A program made the position numbers and the translations under genes. A stretch of DNA of 64,000 bases, from NCBI RefSeq assembly GCF_001194135.2, contig NC_068984.1, forward strand, positions 42,201,885 to 42,265,884, given 5' to 3'. Source of the DNA: Octopus bimaculoides. Its lineage: Eukaryota. Within the stretch, counting starts at the first letter, position 1. Every line of letters starts with the position of its first letter. The notes below the pieces were generated by a model, which had not been told where the DNA came from, did no database searches, and worked only from the letters and a program-made list of their open reading frames with translations. Below, piece after piece: positions 53,451 through 64,000 of the stretch.

Positions 53451-55809
53451 AACAAATATATTGTAAATTGTGAATGTAAGAAGACAAAGCTCGAATTTTA
53501 TAGAATGGTAGAAATCACTTATAGGAACCAAAGGTATGTTTCTGCCAATGTTTGCAACGATAAACGCGTTCTATAAACGTGTTTAAAAGTGAATTCTTTG
53601 AGAATAGGATAAAAACATTTCACTATTACAAAGGGAACAAAAAGATTTACCTTTGCCATAAGGTAAAGAAATAAAGAGAATATTTCATTCCAAATTAAAT
53701 TGTTTATTATGATCTTTTAGATACCAGATTAATTTACGAAGCATATGTATGCTCATATGTTTGTGTACTTGTGAAATGTTTGCAAATATTATTTGCAAAT
53801 ATGTTTGTGTAATATGTTTGCAAATATTACTTCATACTCAGTAATTCTAGATAGAATCTCACACTTTAGACAGAGTAAATATTTATTATATTCGTAATAG
53901 TTCCAGCATTCACTTACATAGGTTTATTCCCTGGTTCATGGAGAAATCACACACAGCCGTGAGTTGTTGGATGATTGACTTAGCCGTCGATTTCATCGGC
54001 GTGATTTGTTACGATGTTAACTTACGCTTTCTGGTGCTCTCATGATCACGATCTACAAAAATTCATTTGCGCACGTGATTACGTTTAATATCGTTCAATA
54101 ATTCTGTTAAAATTAAACAAGAAATACTTGTTCTCGTGGCAGCATCTAGAAATTAGCTTTGACTTTCTACTGAAGGTGTCTGTTGTATTGATTGTTTAAG
54201 ATAAAATTCACGTTGTAATTGCAGAGGTAGTAATTATATGCACAAGGGGTGCACCTGATTCTGAAGTTCAGTATAAATCTCATTGTCTTAAAAGTGTTAA
54301 CGTTGTTATCTTTCATATGTCTTAACACAACTTACCTTGTGCGGAAACGAAATAAGTTAAGAAAAAGGATGATCATGTCGTTTATGTGCTTCGAAAAATA
54401 TACATAGCATATTCATGAAAAGAATTTAAAAACAAAGTATTGACATGTTCTTTAAAGACAGCATGTCTTGCTGTTCCGTTCCAGTCATCAAAGATGAGCC
54501 AGCTAGAATATAAAGTATCTCAATCAGATCACCTATGCTGATATTTCACTCTAGATTTGGGTGTACAGACTCCAATTTTTGTTACTATTGGAGATAGTAG
54601 GACATCTGGTAAAGTTTTTGATTTAGGAGTTATTCTGAGTTTAGGGCTCTGTCGTATAATGCCAGTTCATTCCATATTACTAGATTTGGTCCACGACTTG
54701 TGATTCAGATATTTGAAGCGGTCTTGTTTTTTATATCTGTCATTCAGAGAATGCGCCACTCAGCTGAACCGATACCAGCTGACATAGCATATAAGATGGT
54801 ATCCCTGCGTTTTTTAACGGTAGAGTATGATTTGAGAGAAATTTTACAGCAATTTCTATCAGGTTCAGCGACGACGTACAGACTCCATGAATCTGGAGAT
54901 AACTTTCTATTTATGCCAATTTACTAAACAAACCGTATGAGGCTTACGTTAAAATGCTATTGCTTTGCAAGCAGATAAACATGTGTGTACTTATTCTGCG
55001 TTGGGATTGTAACTTCACTGTAATGCACGCTTGCACTGCCAGCAGGAGATTCGAGGTTCGGTTTCACTGGGTAGTTTTGTTGATACTTTTAACTTTTGAG
55101 GTATTTTTTCTCTAGAAATTTATACCGATTTGTATTACATAAATATCCGTATGTACATACATACATACATACATACATGCACGCACGCATGCATGCATAC
55201 ATACATACAGAGAGACATACACAAATACACATATATATACATATTTGAGGAAAAGCTTTTCTTTTAAATATTTGTAATGAAAAGCACGGCTGTTCTACCT
55301 TTATTTTACTAAGATTCTTTCTTGTTTATCAGTTTTTTTACTGTTCCTAAAGCCATTATCGTGTTTAGATCTTCACGTCTGGATGGAGTGATTGGTGTTG
55401 GTGTGTGTTACTATTTTAAACTGCTGCTTCTTAGGACTAGCAAGACTAGTGCATTGTAAGTTTAAATTACAGAGCATTGGCTGTTTTCTTTCATCATTCA
55501 CAAAGAGTTTGTAAGTAATGTACGCTACATTTGTGTAAGTCTAGCATTGTCTTGTGGAATTAGTATCACTTCCATTACTAAACAATCGCCTACCTATGTG
55601 AACAATTCTGTATAGAAATATTGTTTATTAATGTAGTTATAATTTTTTGGACTATTAACATCAACTTTACTATGATAAAATTGTTTCATATATCTACACT
55701 AAATATCGAAGGGTTTGCTCTGTCATTGTCATCAAATGTTCGTCGAGGGGAACAAAGTGTAAAAATGGAAGTCTCTACTTTAGAAAGTTGGGTAGAGAAT
55801 GTGCTTCAC

Positions 55810-55840
<31 letters not shown>

Positions 55841-56271
55841 ACTAAAATTGAAATATGTCTTGAGTTAACATATTTGTAACTGAAATGATTTATCTAATAT
55901 TAGTAACTGAGATATTGTTGTCTTTTCCCCAAGCGCATAATTATTTCTAATTAGGTTTTTCATGCACACTACATTAAATTTAAATAGATGTTATCGTTGA
56001 TATATTCATTACATTGAACTAGTTCTGTGTTGTTCTATAACCTGGTTTACTCACTTTTTAGTATAACCGTTGTCGACAATTTTTGAATCATTGCGTAAAT
56101 TCCTTTATATAGCATTTTGTTTTTGGACTAGAATGTAAATTTGAATGAAGTAAAGATATGGCCATCGACATTTTATATCTATGTGGACATTCGTTGTCTT
56201 CATATAAGTATAGGTAGTTATGTCTTTAATGGTATATCGGTTATGGTCCACGTTTATATTTCATGTACTAT

Positions 56272-56632
56272 TCTTTTATTCTCTTATTTGTTTCAGTCAT
56301 TTGACTGTAGCCATGCCGGAGCACCGCCTTTAGTCGAACAAATTGACCCCAGGACTTATTGCTTGTAAGCCTAGTACTCATTCTATCGGTGTTTTTTGCC
56401 GAATCGCTAAACTACGGGGACGTAAAAACACCAGCATCGGTTGTCAAGTGATGGTAGGGACAAACGCACACACACATATATACAAGGGCCTCCTTCAGTC
56501 TCCGTCTGCCAAATCCACTCACAAGGCTTTGGTCGGCCCGAGGCTCTAGTAGAAAACACCTGCCCAGGGTGTCACGCTAAACCCAGAATCATGTGGTTGG
56601 TAAGCAAGCTACTTACCACACAGCCACTCCTG
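56272..56632 (-). mobile_element. Near full-length OR-like SINE
   Basis: Reverse complement from head (caggagtggctgtgtggtaagtagcttgc) to tail (tgactgaaacaaataagagaataa), with a short internal (CA)/(TA) tract. Confidence 0.9.
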
Positions 56633-57242
56633 GCTAAGGAAAGTCTTTCTTTAGGCTATCCTCGATACTCGTGTTTTGGATAGTTGTTTTTAGTCTTCCT
56701 TTAATCTTTCGTCATTTTATATTACGTCCTTAACGATAAATATGTCATCAAAATGTTCGTTGTAGATCTATGTTCATGCCTTGATATCACTGTTTTCTAT
56801 AGATGCCATGTAGAATGTAGACCCTAAAGGTGGAACCTGTGGGTACTCTATTCATTCACATACATAATTTGCTCTGTGGACTACGAAAGGGTGCTTCTAC
56901 CAGATGTAAGGTGTTTCTTTAATGTAGAGGACAGTATTATTGATTGATGTTTATATACATGGTTTAATAATATAGTTTATATTTTAAACATTGTCTTACT
57001 CCAAGGTGAAAGTAATAAACATTCATATTCACACAAGGATAAAAAATTCTGGAACTGTTTAAAACCAATTCAATTTATTTACGCCATTATTGATCATAGA
57101 AAAAGCATGAATATCATGCAGTCAATTTCATTCTCCTTTCTTGTAAATTTACACATAGGAATATATTTACGTGTCTACGTGTGCATATGTGTGTGCGGAT
57201 TGATTTATTGAATGAGACATTCATTCGTTCGTTCTATGTAGT

Positions 57243-57292
<50 letters not shown>

Positions 57293-59608
57293 ATACACAC
57301 ACTCGAACTCACACTCTCTTTCTCCTTTTTCTCTCTCTGACATACATATTCACAGAATGTTATGCTTGTGTGTTTATCTCGCTTCTCTTTTTAACGAAAT
57401 GGTTTGCTTTCTTTCTGTTTTATAACTCTTCCAACACTTAAAACATTTTGTGTGAAAACTTCCACTGTTGTCACACACCAAGCATGTGAGATATTTATTT
57501 GGGTTGAAAGTTTAAGGTCTGCATTGTGTTATAAAGAGTCATATATAAAAATTAAACCCAAAAGTGTTAATGAAGGTAGTTTCTATCTGCTTAAGAAAAC
57601 ACGGAAATGTTTTTTGTAGATTTGAAATATTTTCAATAATGAATCATTTTACTTTACGAAAGGCTTATAGATCTAAATAACTAAATCTGAAGGTCAGTAA
57701 ACGAGGATTAATGGTTTTCATTCTTTATTTCATGTTCACACGCTAAAAGAAAACAAATGCATTTCCTGTATCATTCTGAGCATTCGATAGACAAAAAAAG
57801 AAGCCAAACAGTAAATATATGTACATATAAAAAACAAAAACAAAACGATGAAAGAACTATTTAGGTTACTTCTACGTTGGATATTCTTTAAAGAAAAACA
57901 TTTAGTCTTAATGGTGTCATTGCACTAAAGCAGAGTTCACAGAAGGCCGATAAATAAATGGTATATAAATAAACAATAGAGGATTTGAGAATCAAGGTTA
58001 ATTGATCAATATTTAAACCTCCACTCTTATATGAGGAGATGAAAAAGTACAAGTCAATAAATATTTATTTATCGCATGTAAATGTGATCAGTGTTAAGTT
58101 AGTTGCTTGAATTTTCCGAATAGATACATCTATCAATTGGTAAATAAACACTTAGTGACTCTCAATGAATTATTATTATTTCAGGAGATTTTAGCTCAAT
58201 GTTGTAAACCATGAAAATAGTTAGCAATTATACATTGCTTCACGTATGTGTTTTTAAATACTTAGAAGAAAAAGGAGACAAAAAAGTCATATTAGCCGTG
58301 AGAGAAGTTATTCTCAGGCCAAGGCTTGAGTCGAACATTTACGACAGAGGAGAAATTTGTAAAAAAAACACCCTAGGACGAGGTATTGGCATAAAGTCTA
58401 CATAATGACTTATGACTGATGCCTTCTATAGTGACTGTTTCTAACCATTATTTGCTAATAACGCACGCGCAACCGTAAAAGGACTTTACTCGAAACATTG
58501 ATACTTCCTCGTTTACATCAGAGCGTGATAACCTTTTTATACTCTTTTTTTCATTAAATTTTACATACGCAGATTACTTTCGCTGTTTCAGTTTCACATT
58601 CTCCGAAAATTAAGGTGACTGAAAGATCAGACTGTAAAACGAGAAAAAAGCCCTTTCTTTGTTTCTTTCTTTCTCCCCCCCCCACTCTCTCTATATATAC
58701 ATATATACACGTATACGTGTATATATATATATATATATATATATATNNNNNNNNNNNNNNNNNNNNNNNNNNNNNNNNNNNNNNNNNNNNNNNNNNNNNN
58801 NNNNNNNNNNNNNNNNNNNNNNNNNNNNNNNNNNNNNNNNNNNNNNNNNNNNNNNNNNNNNNNNNNNNNNNNNNNNNNNNNNNNNNNNNNNNNNNNNNNN
58901 NNNNNNNNNNNNNNNNNNNNNNNNNNNNNNNNNNNNNNTCATAATACTTTTTGTAGTCCAGTTCTGAATAATTTCTTATATACTTTCTTGTAAACCGTTT
59001 TTAACATTCTCTTATTATTATCAAAGAATGTATAACTGTATTTTAATACTTTTATGATAACCAGTACTTAACACAACAAAGCTTATACAAAGCTTTACAT
59101 TTTACTTTTTACTTGACAAACTTTTTCTAAAAAGGTGAAACCGGTGAAGTCAATAAACATCTTTAAAATTGCATTTTCAAACCTTTCATATATATTTCCA
59201 CTCGTGCGGTACCTTACAGCTTCACTTTGTTATATATATATGTATGTATGTATGTATAAATGTATGTATGTATATATGTGTGTATGTGTACATGCGAATA
59301 TGTACACATATACATACATACACACACACATGTGTGGATGAAAGTCTAGAAACTAATAGCAGGAAGAAGCAAGCGAATGTGTGTGAGCGGAAAAGTTGAT
59401 GACCACGCGATACCACAAATGGTATATTAGAAAATGACAATATAGCAAAATATAATGGTTTATGACAAAATAGCATGAAATGTTCGAGCACCTGCTTTAT
59501 ACTATATACAATGTCATCCTCGTGGATAAAGACAACATGTATGGAAAAGGTGCAACCGAGAGTCACCATTACATAGAACCAAGATACTCATAGGTTATCA
59601 GAGAATTG

Positions 59609-60174
59609 GGATCTTTTTTAAAACGGGGGCCACATTTTTCATTAACGAAACACTTTGAAACTTGGAACACTGGTAGAATGTGCCATATAAAACATCTTTT
59701 TCTCTTAGTCTTCTTAAAAAAAAAAAGAAATCCATAAGTTATTCCATGTTAAAGTTGTATTTCTGTAATTTCAACCAATCATTGACGTCCATTCAGCCGA
59801 TATACATTAAGTGCCGACTACATAAACAAACGATTCTGAAACAATTAACCCTAACCCTAGGGTTAGGGTTAGGGTTAGGGTTAAAGCAAATTTAAAATGA
59901 AAAAAGCAAATAAAACGAAGGTACGGAGATTAAATACGCTTTACATCGCTTAATCAGCCAAAGGAGTAAATATAAACAACTGAATACTTGTCAGTGATTG
60001 GTTGAAATTATCGAAATAAGACAATTTTTTACATGAAATAAATTCGAATACAAAAATATTTTTTTGTTCTATAACACAAAATAGATAAGTATACGAAGTT
60101 TGAAAGTCTTTCCGTACCAAAAACACTACGTAAAACATTAATGAAAAATGTGGCCCCCGTTTTAAAATAGATCC
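59609..60174. mobile_element. Non-autonomous DNA transposon (MITE-like, possibly Merlin-type), 566 bp, intact ends
   Basis: TIRs 59609-59645 and 60138-60174 match 36/37 (GGATCTWTTTTAAAACGGGGGCCACATTTTTCATTAA). Identical 8-bp flanks GAGAATTG lie at 59601-59608 and 60175-60182. Confidence 0.92.
59846..59883. repeat. Interstitial telomeric repeat palindrome (TAACCC)2-T-AGGG(TTAGGG)3
   Basis: taaccctaaccctagggttagggttagggttagggtta. Confidence 0.9.
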
Positions 60175-60427
60175 GAGAATTGATCTATGGCCAAATGCTG
60201 CGTGTAAAGAAAGCAACGGAGAACGAGCTGTATGAACACAAGACCTATTCATTTTAGTGAAAAACACAAAAACAAAACAGGAATGACGAACATTACGAAC
60301 GCAAACCATATACATTAGTCGAAGATTAAAACAAGAATAAATGCATTAAACTTGAAATGCAATGTACGAAATTTTTACTATGCAAAGTTCGGTATCATTT
60401 TAATGATACTGAAATTCTTTTCATATT

Positions 60428-60630
60428 TTGGTACAAGACCAGAAATTTTAAGGGTGAGGAAGTCGATTACATCGACCCCAGTTTTCAACTGGTACTTATT
60501 TCTTCAATCCTGAAAAGGTGAAAGGCAAGGCCAACCTCGGGAGAATTTAAATTCAGAACGTAATGACGGACGCAATGTTACTAAGAATTTTGTCCGGTTT
60601 ACGATCTAACGATTTTGCTAATTCACCGTT
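60428..60630 (-). mobile_element. OK-like tRNA-derived SINE
   Basis: aagtcgattacatcgacccca...aactggtacttattt...tgaaaggcaag..aacctcgg..gaatttaaattcagaacg...ctaacgattttgc. Confidence 0.8.
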
Positions 60631-62194
60631 AATTTTTATGATACTAAAATTAAAGTCTGATTATCTGTGTTATCCGCGATTTTAGCGAAAATAGTACACT
60701 ATGTTGATAGAATACTTCGATTAATGTGCTCGCTTCTATCCAAGTTTCAGAGTATTTCTGATCCTTTGAACCTCGAAAAAAAATAATAAAAAAAACTTCA
60801 GTCATTCATAAAATGGAGACACTTTATGACATTAACACACGCTTGCTCATTAACAAAGACGCCTGACCGTCGAGCTGTTCTCCGATTCAGGTTTGATAAA
60901 ATAGAGTGTTTGCTCTTTCGCTTTTAAAATCATGTTATTTTCTTTCAGAACATAATTATCACATTTTGTTGGTAAAATAAATGTAGTATGTTGCGAAACT
61001 GAATTTGTAGTTTCTTTTTTATTTATGTTCGTAAACATGCGTGTATTTTCGATTGAGTTTTGTGGGTGTAAGTGTTTATATTAGCGCTAACAGCACAGTA
61101 GCAAACACCATTCTTGCTCCTCTTTAATAAGAAGCCATCTTAAATTTCTTGTGAACAAAAGTTTACAAAATCTAAAAATTCAAAATGTACAAAGAGAAAA
61201 CCTTAGTTTTACACTCCGACGTAAACGGGGGTGGATTTTTTGTCGGCAAAACGTTAAAAAAGACTTTTCCCATTAGATAGAAATGTAGGTTCAATCCTTT
61301 CGCGGAACAATTTCCAGAACGTCTGTTTGACATAAAACACAAATATGATAATAAAAGTTTCTAATATAGGCTCGAGAGCAGCAATTTTGAGGAGATGGAA
61401 TTCAGTCGACACTATCGACACTAGTATTGTGTGATACTTTATGGACCTCGGATGGATGATACGCAAAGTTAAACTCGGCGGGATTTGAAATTATAAAGTC
61501 TTGGAATAAATACCATAAAGCATTTTGTACGACTTTGCCAATCAAAAGCCAAACAACTTCATCAGCAAAAACAAGTGGCTAAGTAAATAGTTAATACCAG
61601 CTAGCACCGAATAAGGAAGTAGCTCCAAGCTGAATAACGAATCAAATTCCTAAATTAGGAGTGTTATGTGCCTTCAAATATATACACGTATGTACGTGGG
61701 TGTGAGTGTGTTCATCTGTGTATATATGTATGTGAGAGCCCAGCTTTTACAACATACGTCCAATCCCATCCAACAGAAAACATTAACAACAACACTCCCT
61801 AAGATATTATGGAGAAGCAGCTATTCATTAAAGTTCAACTCCAAGTAATCAGAGTATGCACAAATTATTTTGAAGATGATAATAGACATAGAAATCGAAG
61901 ATTAAAAGCAATGTTATTAGGTTTTGTAACAGAATTAATGGCGACAACTAGGAAAAGTACTGACCTCAAAATAGGCGCAAAATCAGCAACTTTGAAAATT
62001 CATTTATTGGAATATATCAGAATATACTGAAGGTCAGAAACCTGCTTTAACATTGAAAGAAATCACAAAACCCCACAAGAATTGTAGCAAACACATATAT
62101 AAAACTGCAACACATTGAGAATATACATACATAGACACATAAATACATGCACACACGGCTTTGCTCTTTCCTCATTTCAGAGCCGATAAAATTA

Positions 62195-62285
62195 GTACAT
62201 CAGTACCAATCAAGCTCTGAGGTCGATGTAATCGACTATTCCTCTTACCGGCAAAATTTCAGGCTTTGTATCCATAGTAGAAAAA
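62195..62285 (+). mobile_element. OK-like SINE 3' fragment
   Basis: gataaaattagtac...ctgaggtcgatgtaatcgact...aaaatttcaggctttgt. Confidence 0.55.
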
Positions 62286-62951
62286 GTTATTTATCTCCCT
62301 ATCCCTCTAACATATATTCAGTCAATCTTCTCATATTTTCTTTAAATTTATTATTCTTTCTCTATTGTTCCTTTCTTCTTTTTCTTTCCCATAGTCATCT
62401 TTCAGAATAATCCTCAAATATTACCACTTGCCTTTCGGTTTTGCACATTTCACATTACACACTTCAAACACCAGCAAATCGCGTTTCGTATCTGTTCCCT
62501 CTGTGACATCCTCTCCCCGCTCTCCTTTCGCTTTTGTTCATCTGTACAACTGCTAAAGCTATCATTCACTCATCAATTGCTCTTTGCCTGAACATACATT
62601 TATTCCATTTCACTCGCTCCTGATTTTCCACACCTGAACGGTTAAACGCTTCACTCAGTAAGGTTTTATACTTACACATTTCTAATATTCTTTGTTGTCT
62701 TCCTGGCATTTCTCCACAATTTTCTCGTTGCTGATTTTATTGTTGTTGTTGTGGTTGTTGTTATCGTTGCGGCTGCTTTCGCTCTTGCTGCTGCTAGTAC
62801 AAACTATCTTCTTCTTCTTCTTCTTCGTTGTTCTTTTCGTGCGGTGATGCTGCTGTGTTCTGACCATGGATAGCTTTCTAGTTTGATGTCATCATCACCA
62901 ACAACATCATGAATATCATCACCATCACAACTATCAGTAACACTATATATA

Positions 62952-63118
62952 TTCTTTTATTCTTTTATTATTTTAGTCATTTGACTGCGGCCATGCTGGA
63001 GCACCGCCTTTCGTCGAACAAATCGACCTGAGGACTTCTTCTTTGTAAGCTTAGTACTTATTCTATCGGTCCTTTTTGCCGAACCACTAGTTGATGGGGA
63101 CGCAAAACACCAGCATCG
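62952..63118 (-). mobile_element. OR-like SINE, 3' part
   Basis: tagtcatttgactgcggccatgctggagcaccgcctt...acttattctatcggtc...caccagcatcg. Confidence 0.9.
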
Positions 63119-63128
63119 NNNNNNNNNN

Positions 63129-63173
<45 letters not shown>

Positions 63174-63409
63174 TAATAAATCTCAGGGTAGCAAAAATTG
63201 TTTTAGAAATTCTATTTGCTACTAGTGGTCTAGCGAGAAGAAAAAATTAGTCAATAGACTATATATTATTCATTTGAATACAGTGAACATTTAAACACAT
63301 CAGAGATGCTCATAATAGGACATCTAAACCGCTAGAAGGAGCAGTCAAAATTCCACACCACAATTAGGGATAATTTCGAAAGGGAATGAAAAATAAAAGC
63401 ATTTACCAT

Positions 63410-63477
63410 CTATCGTAAACACACCAACATTGGTTGTCAAGCGATGGTGGAGGGACAAACAAAAACGCAAATAACAA

Positions 63478-63535
<58 letters not shown>

Positions 63536-63675
63536 GACGGGCTTCTTTCAATTTCGTCTACCAAATCTACTCACAAGGCTTTGGTCGGCCCGAGGTTATA
63601 GTAGAAGATTCTTGGCCAAGGTGCCACACAGTGGGACTGAACCCGGAACTATGTGGTTGGGAAGCAAGCTTCTTT
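63410..63675 (-). mobile_element. OR-like SINE, 5' part with expanded internal (CA)n
   Basis: ggttgtcaagcgatgg...(CA)n...ctcacaaggctttggtcggcccgagg...ccaaggtgccacacagtgggactgaacccggaac. Confidence 0.9.
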
Positions 63676-64000
63676 ATTTCATAAAAATTCGTCATACGGC
63701 GTTACATAGAGGGGACAAACAAAGACAGACAAACGAAGAAGCTACGGGCTGGACGCGGACATTAATGAATGGAGATGAATACACAAGAAAGAATGAAAAT
63801 GGGAGAGGCACCAGCGCCCGCTGACTGATAACCTCTCTAAAACTTTGTTCAATACATGTCGTTCAAATTTGTAAAACAAATTATTAACACAAATGTTCTT
63901 CCTCTTTATAGGAGGCAACAAGCCACTTATAAATGTTCATATAATTCACTGGGGCTTTTAGCCTCCCCATATCTACAACCTCTTTTCACTAACGCCCACG

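Noticed and set aside
59846-59883. Chromosome end-to-end fusion scar
   Set aside because: The polarity is CCCTAA then TTAGGG, opposite to a fusion, and it lies inside a TIR/TSD-bounded element.
61809-62030. 73-aa ATG-initiated ORF
   Set aside because: It has no recognisable domain or splice context, and its length is compatible with chance.

Overview
AT-rich eukaryotic DNA from a short-read assembly. About 7 kb of N gaps are present, most flanked by (TA)n or (CA)n. The SINE families and microsatellite load point to a cephalopod, probably Octopus (inference from recognised repeats). No host gene can be called confidently, and nearly all long ORFs in the track are artefacts of N runs or microsatellites. 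The window is a graveyard of mobile elements: mariner copies of at least two families, a hAT transposase remnant, a Helitron PIF1 remnant, CR1-like, RTE, R4/Dong-like and R2-Hero-like non-LTR remnants, Penelope RT and GIY-YIG remnants, and many tRNA-derived SINEs. The most notable structures are: (1) an intact 566-bp non-autonomous DNA element (37-bp GG-terminal TIRs, exact 8-bp TSD) with nested inverted CCAAT boxes around a (CCCTAA)/(TTAGGG) palindrome; (2) two inverted mariner copies sharing the same inactivating lesions; (3) several rearrangement junctions apparently filled with short copies of nearby sequence; (4) a 59-bp-arm hairpin. All alignments and identities were done by eye.
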